Shown here: positions 46,463-56,944 of the stretch, in pieces
Layout: each line of letters begins with the position of its first letter
Position numbering within the stretch: the first letter of the stretch is position 1
NCBI GenBank assembly: GCA_964523755.1
Contig: CAZFYM010000004.1
Span: 7,068 to 71,067 of the forward strand
Length of the DNA: 64,000 nt
Source of the DNA: an uncultured Wenzhouxiangella sp.
GTDB lineage: Bacteria; Pseudomonadota; Gammaproteobacteria; Xanthomonadales; Wenzhouxiangellaceae
Reading direction: 5' to 3'
Position numbers and translations under genes: made by a program
The notes under the pieces: model-generated
What the model was told of the DNA's origin: nothing
Seen by the model: only the letters and a program-made list of their open reading frames with translations
The model's database searches: none

Positions 46463-47284
46463 ATGGGCGAAGAGATGGCGGCATCAGGCAAGTTGGCTTT
46501 TCGGCGCAATGTGCGCAGCATCTGGATTTCCGATGTTCACCTGGGCTTTCCCGGCTGCAGCGCCGACTATTTGCTCGACTTTTTGCGCGGCATGCGCTGT
46601 GAGACGCTTTATCTGGTGGGCGACATCGTCGATTTCTGGTCACTGAAGAAAAAGCGTTATTGGCCCCAGGCCCACAACAATGTCGTGCGATCCATTTTGG
46701 GCAAGGCCAAACATCACACCCGTGTGGTCTTCATTCCGGGTAACCATGATGAAGTGATGCGGCAGTACGACGGCATGACATTGGGGAATGTTGAAATCGT
46801 CCATGAAATCATTCACACCACTGCCGACGGTCGTCGTCTACTGGTGCTTCATGGTGATCAGTTTGACGCCGCAGTCATCAATTCCCCGTTACTGGGACTG
46901 ATCGGCTCCAAGCTTTATGACAGCCTGCTCAATCTCAATCGACTGGTCAATTGGGTGCGCAACAAGTTGGGCCGGGACTATTGGTCACTGGCGGCCTTTC
47001 TGAAAAATCGGGTCAAGAATGCAGTGCAGTACATCTCCAACTTCGAACAGGCCGTGATACGCGAGGCCCGCAGCAATGATGTCGATGGCCTGGTCTGCGG
47101 CCATATTCACCGGCCCGAGATTGTCATAAGCGATGAAGTGATTTATCTGAACTGCGGTGACTGGGTTGAAAGCTGCACGGCACTGATTGAAAACCACGAC
47201 GGCAGCATAGACCTGGTCCGGGCCAGCGATGTCCACGAGATCATCAAGTCACTGCCACCCCAACTCAAGGAGAAGGCGGCATGA
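46463..47284 (+). CDS. plcP: PlcP-like metallophosphoesterase (often annotated UDP-2,3-diacylglucosamine hydrolase)
   Basis: SDVHLG, GDIVD, GNHD (LpxH has GNRD), LHGD, GHIH and NCGDW, paired with a GT4 gene and a Pho-box-like array. Confidence 0.75.
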   Translation: MGEEMAASGKLAFRRNVRSIWISDVHLGFPGCSADYLLDFLRGMRCETLYLVGDIVDFWSLKKKRYWPQAHNNVVRSILGKAKHHTRVVFIPGNHDEVMRQYDGMTLGNVEIVHEIIHTTADGRRLLVLHGDQFDAAVINSPLLGLIGSKLYDSLLNLNRLVNWVRNKLGRDYWSLAAFLKNRVKNAVQYISNFEQAVIREARSNDVDGLVCGHIHRPEIVISDEVIYLNCGDWVESCTALIENHDGSIDLVRASDVHEIIKSLPPQLKEKAA

Positions 47285-48387
47285 AGATCCTGCTGGTCAC
47301 CGATGCCTGGGCACCCCAGGTCAATGGCGTGGTCCGCACGCTGGAAAAAACCCGCGAAACGCTAACTGGCTTTGGCCATCAGGTCGAAATGCTGACGCCG
47401 GAGGGATCGCGTACGGTGCCGTGTCCCAGCTATCCGGAAATCCGCCTGACATTGCGTCCCAAACAGGCCGTCCGGGAAGCATTTGCCAAGGGGCCATTCG
47501 ATGCCATTCATATTGCCACGGAAGGCCCGATCGGCCTGGCGACCCGGCGCTGGTGCGTTCGCTACGGCCTGCCATTCACGACATCTTATCACACCCGCTT
47601 CCCGGAGTACTTGCGACTGCGAGCACCAATTCCACTGGCCTGGTCTTACGCCTTTCTTCGCTGGTTTCACCGTCCCGCCGCCCGCACGCTGGTGCGTACC
47701 GAAACCCAGCGCCAACTCATGCAGGAGCGCGGATTCACCAACCTGGCCATCTGGCCCGGCGGCGTGGATACCCGCCAGTTTTATCCGCGCGAACGCGACT
47801 ATCTGGAGCTACCCCGACCAATTGCTCTGTACATGGGCCGGGTAGCCTCCGAAAAAAATATCGAGGCGTTTCTCGATCTGGACATCAATGGCAGCAAGGT
47901 GGTGATTGGTGGCGGACCGGCCCTGGAGCGGCTTCGACAACAGTACAGTAATGTGCATTTCCTCGGTTATCGCCATGGTGATGAACTTGCACAATGCCTG
48001 AGTTCTGCCGATGTGTTTGTTTTTCCCAGCAGGACCGATACCCTGGGGCTGGTTATTCTCGAAGCGATGGCCTGCGGCGTGCCGGTGGCCGCGTTTCCCG
48101 TTCCTGGGCCTCAGGACCTGATTACCGACGGCGGCAACGGTGCCATGGATGAGGATCTGAAGACAGCGGTCTACCGGGCCCTGTCGGTTGATGGCAGTGC
48201 TTGCGTGGAATTCGCCGAGCGATTTTCCTGGGCCCGGTGCAGTCAGCGCCTGGTCAGTCTGCTGCAACCGCTGGACCATGACCGGCAAACCCCGCAGGTC
48301 AGTGACCGAACAGCCGAGTATAATCCGCAGGCATGTCAATTACCGCACCGGGACCGGAAAGCCGAATCTATCGCCCTGCCGAGCTGA
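47281..48387 (+). CDS. GT4 glycosyltransferase, Agt-like (glycosyl-diacylglycerol synthase candidate)
   Basis: MKILLVTDAWAPQVNGVVRTL, YHTRFPEY, GRVASEKN and FPSRTDTLGLVILEAMACG. ATGA-coupled to plcP. Confidence 0.85.
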   Translation: MKILLVTDAWAPQVNGVVRTLEKTRETLTGFGHQVEMLTPEGSRTVPCPSYPEIRLTLRPKQAVREAFAKGPFDAIHIATEGPIGLATRRWCVRYGLPFTTSYHTRFPEYLRLRAPIPLAWSYAFLRWFHRPAARTLVRTETQRQLMQERGFTNLAIWPGGVDTRQFYPRERDYLELPRPIALYMGRVASEKNIEAFLDLDINGSKVVIGGGPALERLRQQYSNVHFLGYRHGDELAQCLSSADVFVFPSRTDTLGLVILEAMACGVPVAAFPVPGPQDLITDGGNGAMDEDLKTAVYRALSVDGSACVEFAERFSWARCSQRLVSLLQPLDHDRQTPQVSDRTAEYNPQACQLPHRDRKAESIALPS

Positions 48388-49700
48388 ACCAGGAAGTTCG
48401 GCTGCATCTGGAGGCCGGTTTTCCGCGCCTGTGGTTGCAGGCCGAGTTGTCTAACTTGGCCCGTCCGGCCTCCGGTCACCTGTATTTCACCCTCAAGGAT
48501 CAGTGCGCCCAGATCCGCTGCGCCCTGTTTCGAGGCAATGCCGCGGGACTGGGCTTTCAGCCGGAAAATGGTCAGGAAGTGCTGGTTCGCGGCCGCTTGA
48601 GCCTGTATGAACCGCGCGGCGACTACCAGTTGATTGCTGACGCCATGCTGGAGGCTGGAGCCGGTGCCCTGCAGCAGGCTTTCGAAGCACTGAAAAGGAA
48701 GCTGCAGGCCGAAGGTTTGTTCGATGAAAGTCGCAAGAAATCGCTGCCCGCGTGGCCGCGCCGCATCAGCCTGGTCACCTCACCCTCCGGGGCCGCCATC
48801 CGCGACATGCTCAAGGTGTTGGGTGAACGCTGGCCGAGTGCGCAGGTCCGCATCTATGCAAGCCAGGTCCAGGGCGACAAGGCTCCGGGAGAACTCATTC
48901 GGGCGTTGCAAGCGGCCGATCGCCACCGCTTTGGCGAGTTGATCATCCTGGCCCGGGGTGGCGGTTCAATTGAGGATTTATGGGCTTTCAACGATGAAGC
49001 ACTGGCCCGTGCCATTGTTGCAGCCGACACGCCGATCATCAGCGCGGTCGGTCATGAATCGGATGTCACGATTGCCGATTTTGTGGCCGATCTGCGTGCC
49101 CCGACGCCGAGTGCCGGTGCGGTGGCAGCCACGCCGGACGGACCCGCGCTACGGCTGCGGCTCAGGCGGCTTGACGGACAACTGGACCGGGCGGCCAAAG
49201 CGGGGCTGGAACGGCACAGCCAGACGATAGATTATCTGACTCGGCGCCTGGCCGGCCATCATCCTGCGCGACGCCTGGCCGAGCTGTCCGAGCGTGCCGG
49301 TCAGCTCGAGCGTCGGGCGCGCCAAGCCATTCTGGTCATAATACAACGACGCTATCAGGCCCTGGCCAGTCTCGACCGACGCTGCCGTGCGCGCCACCCG
49401 AAAAACCGCATTGATCAGCTCGGCCAGCAGCTCGAACAGCATCGCCTGCGGCTTGACCGGGCCATGCAGCAGCGCCTGGATCAACATCATCAACGGCTCG
49501 CCAGCCTGGCCAGGGCGCTGAATGCGATGAGCCCTCTGAATATCCTTGAGCGCGGCTATGCGGTCGTCCGAAATTCCGACGGCCAAGCGCTCTCGCATAG
49601 AGAACAATTCATCAATGGCAGTAAAATCAATTTATTACTACATTCTTTTGAAGTGGATGCAGAGATAAGATCCGAGCCACGGGATGCGCAACTGGAATGA
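48333..49700 (+). CDS. xseA: Exodeoxyribonuclease VII large subunit
   Basis: SGHLYFTLKD OB fold, TSPSGAAIRD, ARGGGSIEDLWAFN, AVGHESD and LERGYAV. Confidence 0.97.
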   Translation: MSITAPGPESRIYRPAELNQEVRLHLEAGFPRLWLQAELSNLARPASGHLYFTLKDQCAQIRCALFRGNAAGLGFQPENGQEVLVRGRLSLYEPRGDYQLIADAMLEAGAGALQQAFEALKRKLQAEGLFDESRKKSLPAWPRRISLVTSPSGAAIRDMLKVLGERWPSAQVRIYASQVQGDKAPGELIRALQAADRHRFGELIILARGGGSIEDLWAFNDEALARAIVAADTPIISAVGHESDVTIADFVADLRAPTPSAGAVAATPDGPALRLRLRRLDGQLDRAAKAGLERHSQTIDYLTRRLAGHHPARRLAELSERAGQLERRARQAILVIIQRRYQALASLDRRCRARHPKNRIDQLGQQLEQHRLRLDRAMQQRLDQHHQRLASLARALNAMSPLNILERGYAVVRNSDGQALSHREQFINGSKINLLLHSFEVDAEIRSEPRDAQLE

Positions 49701-50281
49701 CCCGAACGCTGACCGCTCAGGCCTGCCTGGAAGCAGAGATCAAGCGCAGCCGGTTTATTGCCCACGCCATTCCCTGCCGCGATGAACAGCAGGCACGCGA
49801 GTTTCTCCAGGTGCTCAAAGACCCGTCGGCCAACCACCACTGCTGGGCCTGGAAAAGCGGTCAGCAGTATCGCTTTGACGACGACGGCGAGCCAGGTGGA
49901 ACCGCAGGACGACCCATACTCCAGGCCATTGAAGGCCAGGACATGGACCAGGTCGCAGTCGTGGTCATTCGCCATTTCGGCGGCATCAAACTGGGCACCG
50001 GTGGACTGGCCAGGGCCTATGGTGGCACCGCCGCCGAATGTCTGAGGACGGCGGACTCGAAGCCGATCATCCACACAAGCATCGTGGCCTGCCGCGTTCC
50101 TTTCGAGGCCATTGCCCTGGTCCACCAGTTGATCGATCGCCATCAGGCGGTCAAGCTGGCGGAAACCTACAGCAGCGATGGCATTGAGCTGACCGTCGAA
50201 CTGCCGAGCAGCGAGTTGAACACCTGGCGCAATGGCTTGCGCGATGCCACTGCCGGGGCGGCAGAGATCAGATCAGCTTGA
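49697..50281 (+). CDS. yigZ: YigZ/IMPACT family protein
   Basis: IKRSRFIA, HHCWAW, DDGEPGGTAG and RHFGGIKLGTGGLARAY. Confidence 0.92.
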   Translation: MTRTLTAQACLEAEIKRSRFIAHAIPCRDEQQAREFLQVLKDPSANHHCWAWKSGQQYRFDDDGEPGGTAGRPILQAIEGQDMDQVAVVVIRHFGGIKLGTGGLARAYGGTAAECLRTADSKPIIHTSIVACRVPFEAIALVHQLIDRHQAVKLAETYSSDGIELTVELPSSELNTWRNGLRDATAGAAEIRSA

Positions 50282-51218
50282 TCTCGCGCAGTCGCTCGAG
50301 AAGGTAGCCGTGGGCGGTGATCGGCTCAGGATATCGATCGGGACGATCCCCCGAGACACACTGCGGCAGGGTCTTGATCAGAAAGTCCGGATTGGGGTGG
50401 AGGAAAAAGGGAATGGAATATCGCGCCTGGCGAGCGGCATCGCCGGGCGGATTGACGACCCGATGCGTGGTCGACGGATACACATGATTGGTCAGGCGCT
50501 GCAACATGTCGCCCACGTTGACCACAATGGTACCGGGCAAGGTACTGACCGGCACCCAGCGCTCGTCCCGAGTCAATATTTCCAGGCCCTGCTCCTTCGA
50601 TCCAATCAGCAAGGTAATCAGATTGATATCTTCATGCCGGGCCGCGCGCACCGCGCCGGGCAGAGCCTCGTCAATGGGTGGATAGTGAATCGGACGCAGA
50701 ATCGAATTGCCGACGTTGATCTTGTCAGCGAACCAGTCGCGCTCCAGTCCGATCTCCAGCGCCAATGCCGATAACAGGCGAGCGCCCAGATCATCGAGTG
50801 CCTGATACAGCGTCAGCGATGCCGAACGAAACCCGGCGACTTCATCCGGCCAGATATTGGGCAGCAGAATATCCGGTGCCGGATTGTCGTTGGCCGCAAG
50901 CTCGCGACCGACATGCCAGAACTCCTTGAGATCGGGCACATTGTGGTCCTTGGCCTGTTCAACACCAAAGCCCGTGTAGCCGCGTGCGCCCCCGCTGCCA
51001 GGCAGATGATAGCGTTGCTTGACCTCGCGCGGCAGAGCGAAAAATTGCCGAAATACCGCGTAGGCATCATCGATCAGGACATCATCAATGCCATGATCCT
51101 TGATGCCAACAAAACCGGTATCGCGCCAGGCCTGGGCAAGGGCCCGACTGAACAAATCTCGCTGGTCGCTGAATTCGGCCAACGACAGTACCGGTACGCC
51201 ACCATAGGTCTGGCTCAT
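50268..51218 (-). CDS. Isopenicillin N synthase-like 2OG-Fe(II) oxygenase
   Basis: DIOX_N-like N-terminus, HEDINLITL (HXD), STTHRV and RYSIPFF. Confidence 0.9.
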   Translation of the reverse strand: MSQTYGGVPVLSLAEFSDQRDLFSRALAQAWRDTGFVGIKDHGIDDVLIDDAYAVFRQFFALPREVKQRYHLPGSGGARGYTGFGVEQAKDHNVPDLKEFWHVGRELAANDNPAPDILLPNIWPDEVAGFRSASLTLYQALDDLGARLLSALALEIGLERDWFADKINVGNSILRPIHYPPIDEALPGAVRAARHEDINLITLLIGSKEQGLEILTRDERWVPVSTLPGTIVVNVGDMLQRLTNHVYPSTTHRVVNPPGDAARQARYSIPFFLHPNPDFLIKTLPQCVSGDRPDRYPEPITAHGYLLERLREIKLI

Positions 51219-52567
51219 GCTTTCAGTGACTCTTTGACAACACCGGCCAACTGGTCGGCCAGTTGCTGAACCTGGCCCAGCTCACTGCCTTCGACCGTTA
51301 TCCGAACCACCGGCTCAGTACCCGATGGCCGCAGAATCACCCGTCCGCGACCACCCAGCGCCCGCTCGACATCGCGAACGGCAACCGATACCGTCTGATT
51401 GTTGTTGATTGCTCGCCGCGCATCGCCATCAACCGCGACATTGATCATGACCTGGGGATATTTCTGCATGCCATCGGCCAACGCGGCCAGTGACTGGCGC
51501 GTGCGGGCCACGACTTCCAGTACCTGAAGCGCGCTGACAATGCCGCAGCCGGTCATGGCGCGGTCCAGGCACAGAATATGGCCGGAGGCCTCACCACCCA
51601 GCAACCAGCCATTCTGGCGCAGGCGTTCGTGGACATGACGATCACCCACTGCGCTGCGTTCAAATGGAATATCGAGGCGCGAAAAAGCCTCTTCGAGTCC
51701 GAAATTGCTCATTACAGTCCCGACCACACCACCCCGGAGACCACCGTTGGCTCGCCTTGCACTGGCCAGCACAAACAGGATCTGATCACCGTCCACCAGT
51801 TGTCCGCGATGGTCAACCATCAGAACTCGATCGCCATCGCCATCGAAGGCCACACCCAGGTCAGCCCGCTCGGCCTGTACTCTGGCCGCCAGACTTTCCG
51901 GGTGAGTTGAGCCACAGTCCCGGTTGATATTGAGTCCGTCAGGCTGATGATGTATTGCGACCACTTCAGCCCCGAGTTCAGCAAACACCTCCGGCGCGAT
52001 GCGGTAAGTCGCGCCATTGGCGCAGTCGACCACCACCTTAAGACCATCCAGGCGGGTTCCGTACGGCACAGTCGCTTTGCAATATTCAATATAGCGGCCA
52101 ATGGCATCCGCGATCCGGGTGGCCTTGCCCAGGCGATGCGGGGCGACCTGCTCAATCGACTGCTCCAGTTCCTGCTCGATGGCCGTCTGCAACTCATCAT
52201 CCAGCTTCTCACCCTGGCCTGAGAAAAACTTGATGCCATTGTCTTCATAGGGGTTATGCGAGGCCGAGATGACCACGCCGGCGATGGCACCGAGACTGCG
52301 GGTCAGGTGGGCAATGGCCGGGGTTGGCATGGGGCCCAACAGAATCACATCGACACCGGCAGCCGAAAACCCTGCCTCCAACGCTGATTCGAACAGGTAG
52401 CCCGAAATTCGGGTGTCCTTGCCAATCACGACGGCAGAGCAGCCGTTGCTGCTTCTGGCCAGCACACGTCCAGCAGCCCAGCCCAGGCGCAGGATAAAAT
52501 CGACCGTGATCGGCGGCTCGCCGACCCGGCCGCGGATTCCGTCGGTTCCAAAATAACGATGACTCAT
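51215..52567 (-). CDS. glmM: Phosphoglucosamine mutase
   Basis: [30 protein letters not shown] and RPSGTEP; follows folP. Confidence 0.97.
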   Translation of the reverse strand: MSHRYFGTDGIRGRVGEPPITVDFILRLGWAAGRVLARSSNGCSAVVIGKDTRISGYLFESALEAGFSAAGVDVILLGPMPTPAIAHLTRSLGAIAGVVISASHNPYEDNGIKFFSGQGEKLDDELQTAIEQELEQSIEQVAPHRLGKATRIADAIGRYIEYCKATVPYGTRLDGLKVVVDCANGATYRIAPEVFAELGAEVVAIHHQPDGLNINRDCGSTHPESLAARVQAERADLGVAFDGDGDRVLMVDHRGQLVDGDQILFVLASARRANGGLRGGVVGTVMSNFGLEEAFSRLDIPFERSAVGDRHVHERLRQNGWLLGGEASGHILCLDRAMTGCGIVSALQVLEVVARTRQSLAALADGMQKYPQVMINVAVDGDARRAINNNQTVSVAVRDVERALGGRGRVILRPSGTEPVVRITVEGSELGQVQQLADQLAGVVKESLKA

Positions 52568-53421
52568 GGCTGACTATTGTAACCGCGCCGGACATCATCG
52601 ACGGCTGCCCAGACTCGTAACGCATCGACGGTCTCAGCCACATCATGGACCCGAATGATGGCAGCGCCCTGATCGGCCGCCAGTGTCGCGACCGCCAGGG
52701 ACGCAGCCAGCCGCTGGTCAGGCTGTTGTTTGCCGGTCAATGCTCCAAGCATGGATTTGCGCGATAATCCGGCCAGCACCGGCAAATCCAGATCGCGAAA
52801 CTCAGCCAGCCTGGCCAGCAGCGCCAGGTTGTGCTCCAACGTCTTGCCAAAACCAAAGCCCGGATCGATCACCAGTTGGTCAGGCCCGATACCGGCCCGC
52901 AGGCAGACTTCGATACGCCGCGCCAGAAAATCACGCACATCGGCCACGACATCGTCGTACCGTGGATTGGCCTGCATGGTGCGCGGCTCACCCTGTCTGT
53001 GCATCAGACAAACCGGCACGTTCAGATCCGCGGCGGCTTCGACCGCACCATCAGCCAGTAAGGCATTGACATCATTGATCATGCCGGCACCGGCTGCCAC
53101 AGCAGTGCGCATGACTTCAGGCTTGCTGGTATCGATGGAAATCGGGATGTCGGTCTGGCTTGCCAGTTCCTCGATCACCGGCGCGACCCGCTTGATCTCG
53201 TCGTCAACAGCCACCGGCGCCGCTCCCGGCCGGGTGGATTCACCGCCGATATCGAGCATATCGGCTCCCTGCGCGACCAGCTTGAGTGCGTGGGCAACGG
53301 CCGCGTCACGTTGCTCGTATCGACCCCCATCGGAAAATGAATCGGGGGTTACATTGACGATCCCCATCACCAGCGGGCGACGGCGTTGATGGGCTTGATG
53401 CAACTGTTCGATCAGCGTCAT
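52564..53421 (-). CDS. folP: Dihydropteroate synthase
   Basis: [37 protein letters not shown] and RVHDV. Confidence 0.97.
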   Translation of the reverse strand: MTLIEQLHQAHQRRRPLVMGIVNVTPDSFSDGGRYEQRDAAVAHALKLVAQGADMLDIGGESTRPGAAPVAVDDEIKRVAPVIEELASQTDIPISIDTSKPEVMRTAVAAGAGMINDVNALLADGAVEAAADLNVPVCLMHRQGEPRTMQANPRYDDVVADVRDFLARRIEVCLRAGIGPDQLVIDPGFGFGKTLEHNLALLARLAEFRDLDLPVLAGLSRKSMLGALTGKQQPDQRLAASLAVATLAADQGAAIIRVHDVAETVDALRVWAAVDDVRRGYNSQP

Positions 53422-53460
53422 GTTCAGGCTCCCTCGTTGGTCTGATCAAGTTCTGAAACG

Positions 53461-53488
53461 AAAAACGCCGCCGAAACAACCGGCGGCG
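53461..53488 (-). terminator. Intrinsic terminator after ftsH
   Basis: Minus strand CGCCGCCG-gttgttt-CGGCGGCG-TTTTT. Confidence 0.8.
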
Positions 53489-53511
53489 CTTGCTCGAACC
53501 TTTGACCGGAT

Positions 53512-55434
53512 TCAGCCGGTTGCCGGCTCACCCGAAGGCTCATCACCATCGGCATCATCAGTGATCGGTGAAGAGGGAGGCCGATTTCCTCCCTCATTCC
53601 AGCCGACCGGCGGATCCGGTTCTTCACCCTTCATGATCTGGTCAATCTGAGCGGCATCAATCGTTTCATAGCGCATCAAGGCGTCAGCCATCAGCTCCAG
53701 CTTGTCGCGATTCTCGCTCAGGATCTTGCGAGCGGTTTCGTATGCCTGATCAATGATAGTGCGCACTTCCTTGTCGAGCTGACGATGCGTTTCATCGGAA
53801 ATATGCTTGTGCTGAGTCACCGAACGACCCAAAAACACCTCATCCTCGTCTTCGCCATAAGCCAGTGGGCCCATGGTGTCGGACAAGCCCCACTTGGTGA
53901 CCATATTGCGGGCGATCTGCGAGGCTCGCTCGATATCGTTGGATGCTCCGGTCGTCACCTTTTCCTTGCCATAGATCAGCTCCTCGGCCACCCGGCCACC
54001 GAACAGGCTGGCCAGCTGCGAAGTCAACTGCTGGCGGGTCAGGGAGTATTTATCCTGCTCAGGCAGAAACATCGTCACTCCCAGCGCACGACCGCGCGGA
54101 ATGATGGTGACCTTGTAGACCGGATCGTGATCCGGCACCAGCCGACCAACAATCGCATGGCCTGCCTCGTGGTATGCGGTCAGGCGCTTTTCGTCCTCGG
54201 ACATCGCCATGGACTTGCGCTCGGCCCCCATCATGATCTTGTCCTTGGCCTGCTCGAAATGCGCCTGACAGACAGTCTTGGAATCCTGGCGGGCAGCAAA
54301 CAACGCTGCCTCGTTGACCAGGTTGGCCAGATCGGCACCGGAAAAACCCGGTGAACCACGCGCAATATCGCGCGGCCGGACGTCATCATCAACCGGCACC
54401 TTGCGCATGTGGACCTTGAGGATCTGCTCGCGACCCTGAAGATCAGGCAGCGGCACGATCACCTGGCGGTCGAATCGGCCCGGGCGCAACAAGGCCGGAT
54501 CAAGCACGTCGGGTCGGTTGGTTGCGGCAATCAGGATGATGCCTTCATTGCCCTCGAAGCCATCCATTTCTACAAGCAACTGGTTGAGCGTCTGCTCGCG
54601 TTCGTCATGCCCCCCGCCCAGGCCGGCCCCGCGGTGGCGTCCGACGGCATCAATCTCGTCAATGAAAATAATGCAAGGTGCGTGTTTTTTGGCGGTCTCG
54701 AACATGTCACGGACGCGTGAGGCACCGACACCGACAAACATCTCGACAAAGTCCGAGCCAGATATCGAAAAGAACGGCACCTTGGCCTCCCCGGCAATCG
54801 CGCGGGCCAGCAAGGTCTTGCCGGTACCGGGCGGTCCGACCATCAGCACACCCTTCGGGATATGTCCGCCCAGGCGCTGGAACTTGGACGGATCACGCAG
54901 GAAGTCGACCAGCTCGCTGACTTCGTCCTTGGCTTCCTCGCAGCCGGCCACGTCCTTGAACGTGACCTTGACCTGATCTTCGCCCTGTAGCTTGGCGCGC
55001 GACTTGCCGAAACTCATCGCACCGCCGCGTCCACCCATACCGCCCTGCATCTGGCGCATGAAATAAATCCACAGGCCCACCAGCACCAGCACCGGCAGCA
55101 GGCTGATCAGAATATCCAGCAGCAAGGAGCGACCGGCCGGATCGGCTGAATCAACATCCACATTATTGACCAGCAAGTCAGCGACCAGACCGTCGTCGCG
55201 CGGACCCTTGACCTCGTAGGCACGACCGTCGACCGTCGTGCCGCTGATCACGGTGCCGCCGGGACGCTCGCGAATCACCGCATCGCGGATGGCTCCGCTC
55301 TTGACCTGTTCGAGGAATTCCGAATAAATGAAACTCTGCGGCGGCTGCTGCGGCTGCGAGTAATAGTTGAACACGCTCATCAAGACCATCGCAATGATGA
55401 TCCACATGACCAGATTCTTGGCAAAATCGCTCAA
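53512..55434 (-). CDS. ftsH: ATP-dependent zinc metalloprotease FtsH
   Basis: Two TMs, [22 protein letters not shown] and HEAGH. Start taken as TTG 55434 after a GGAG RBS. Confidence 0.98.
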   Translation of the reverse strand: MSDFAKNLVMWIIIAMVLMSVFNYYSQPQQPPQSFIYSEFLEQVKSGAIRDAVIRERPGGTVISGTTVDGRAYEVKGPRDDGLVADLLVNNVDVDSADPAGRSLLLDILISLLPVLVLVGLWIYFMRQMQGGMGGRGGAMSFGKSRAKLQGEDQVKVTFKDVAGCEEAKDEVSELVDFLRDPSKFQRLGGHIPKGVLMVGPPGTGKTLLARAIAGEAKVPFFSISGSDFVEMFVGVGASRVRDMFETAKKHAPCIIFIDEIDAVGRHRGAGLGGGHDEREQTLNQLLVEMDGFEGNEGIILIAATNRPDVLDPALLRPGRFDRQVIVPLPDLQGREQILKVHMRKVPVDDDVRPRDIARGSPGFSGADLANLVNEAALFAARQDSKTVCQAHFEQAKDKIMMGAERKSMAMSEDEKRLTAYHEAGHAIVGRLVPDHDPVYKVTIIPRGRALGVTMFLPEQDKYSLTRQQLTSQLASLFGGRVAEELIYGKEKVTTGASNDIERASQIARNMVTKWGLSDTMGPLAYGEDEDEVFLGRSVTQHKHISDETHRQLDKEVRTIIDQAYETARKILSENRDKLELMADALMRYETIDAAQIDQIMKGEEPDPPVGWNEGGNRPPSSPITDDADGDEPSGEPATG

Positions 55435-55499
55435 AATGCTTCTCCAGTTGCATGACCCGACAGGGGCCCGCTCAGGGTTCTTCAAACCCCCATTCTATG

Positions 55500-56126
55500 T
55501 CAGGGATACTGTTTCCTGCTGCTGATCAGCCCATTGCCGACCAGGTAAATTTCCCGGCTTTGTGATCTTGATGCCGCCGGCTTTCTTGCTTTTACCGTTC
55601 GGAATGATCGCCGAAAGGCAGTGAGCAGTTCGTCAAATCCGGCACCCTGAAAGACTTTGACCACCAGTGCCCCGGAAATATCCAGCCAGTCTTCGGCAAA
55701 CGCCAGGGCCAGCTCGGCCAGATGAATACTGCGTGCCTGATCCGACGGCCCAACACCGGATAAGTTGGGGGCCATATCGGACAGCACAAGGTCAAGCTTC
55801 TGCCCGTCCAGAGCTGATTCCAGTTGAGCCAGCACCTCATCATCACGGAAATCACCTTGCAGAAACACAACCCCGTCGATTGGCTCCATCGGTAACAGGT
55901 CCAGCGAAATCACCGTTCCCGACGGCCCGAGTCGTTTGCGGGCCACCTGCGACCAACTGCCAGGTGCCGCGCCCAGGTCGACGACCCGCTTGACACCTTT
56001 GAACAAGTGATCCTTCTCGTCCAGCTCAAGCAGCTTGTAGGCCGCCCGGGCGCGGTAGCCCTGCTCCCTGGCGCGCTTGACGTAGGGATCGTTCTGTTGG
56101 CGGCTTTTCCAGGCTTTGGAGGACAT
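55500..56126 (-). CDS. rlmE: 23S rRNA Um2552 methyltransferase
   Basis: YRARAAYKL, DLGAAPGSWSQ, SDMAPN, KVFQG and SREIY; upstream of ftsH. Confidence 0.97.
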   Translation of the reverse strand: MSSKAWKSRQQNDPYVKRAREQGYRARAAYKLLELDEKDHLFKGVKRVVDLGAAPGSWSQVARKRLGPSGTVISLDLLPMEPIDGVVFLQGDFRDDEVLAQLESALDGQKLDLVLSDMAPNLSGVGPSDQARSIHLAELALAFAEDWLDISGALVVKVFQGAGFDELLTAFRRSFRTVKARKPAASRSQSREIYLVGNGLISSRKQYP

Positions 56127-56176
56127 GGGGGAAGGGTAGAGGAAAATGGGGGAAGGGGAAAGGGGGAGAAGATGGG
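56127..56176 (+). other. Canonical G-quadruplex-forming purine tract
   Basis: Six G3-5 runs, including GGGGG-aa-GGGG-aaa-GGGGG-agaagat-GGG, immediately upstream of the rlmE start codon. Confidence 0.5.
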
Positions 56177-56246
56177 AGTGGCGCAGTGGATATTATGGCT
56201 CGTGGTCTGTGAGATAATCAGAGAGTATTCAAAACACGATTCGGAC

Positions 56247-56540
56247 ATGGCGCTTAATACGGCTCAGAAAAAGTATCTGCGAGGCTTGACCCATCAACTG
56301 GATCCGGTAGTGATGGTGGCCGAAAAGGGTCTGACCGAGAATGTACTGGCCGAGATTGATCTGGCCCTGGAACATCACGAACTGATCAAGATCAAGCTCA
56401 GAACCGAGCGTGAGCAGCGCCAGGCGTGGGTCGAACAGATCGAAAAATGCTTCAAGGCCGAGCTCGTTCACCAGATCGGTCAGGTCGCGTGTTACTTTCG
56501 GCGCAATCACGAAAAGCCCAAGCTCGCCTTGCCGAAGTGA
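56247..56540 (+). CDS. yhbY: RNA-binding ribosome assembly protein YhbY (CRM domain)
   Basis: QKKYLRGLTHQLDPVV...HHELIKIK...VHQIG, divergent from rlmE as usual. Start is ATG 56247, not 56007. Confidence 0.93.
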   Translation: MALNTAQKKYLRGLTHQLDPVVMVAEKGLTENVLAEIDLALEHHELIKIKLRTEREQRQAWVEQIEKCFKAELVHQIGQVACYFRRNHEKPKLALPK

Positions 56541-56552
56541 GTTTTTACCATC

Positions 56553-56939
56553 ATGCAGTTGACCGAAAACAAGCCAGGATCCTGGCATACCATTCGCAGA
56601 GTCGATGATGATGGCGTACTGATTGATCAGACCTTGTATCGCGACAGCCTGATTGTCGGCGCTCGCTTGCTGAACGAAAACTGGCCGGTGCAAAGCTTCG
56701 ACGATCTGACCACGGACACCATCGCCCCGCTGCTCGAACACAAACCGGAGGTGGTCATTCTCGGGTTCGGCCTCACCCAGCACTTTCCGTCGATCGATAT
56801 CCAGCGCGAGTTCATGAAAAACGGCATCGGCCTGGAATGCATGAATCTGGCTGCGGCCTGTCGGACCTTCAACGTCCTGATGAGCGAAAACCGACGCGCA
56901 CTGGCGGGCCTGATTCTGCCCCTGTATTCCGGTCATTAG
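56553..56939 (+). CDS. Mth938-like (DUF498) protein
   Basis: PEVVILGFG...GIGLECMNLAAACRTFNVLMSENRR. Confidence 0.9.
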   Translation: MQLTENKPGSWHTIRRVDDDGVLIDQTLYRDSLIVGARLLNENWPVQSFDDLTTDTIAPLLEHKPEVVILGFGLTQHFPSIDIQREFMKNGIGLECMNLAAACRTFNVLMSENRRALAGLILPLYSGH

Positions 56940-56944
56940 CAATC

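Noticed and set aside
48333-48387. 55-nt overlap of the GT4 gene and xseA, as a dual-coding signal
   Set aside because: The GT4 tail is low-complexity and beyond the conserved fold; most simply a drifted stop codon.
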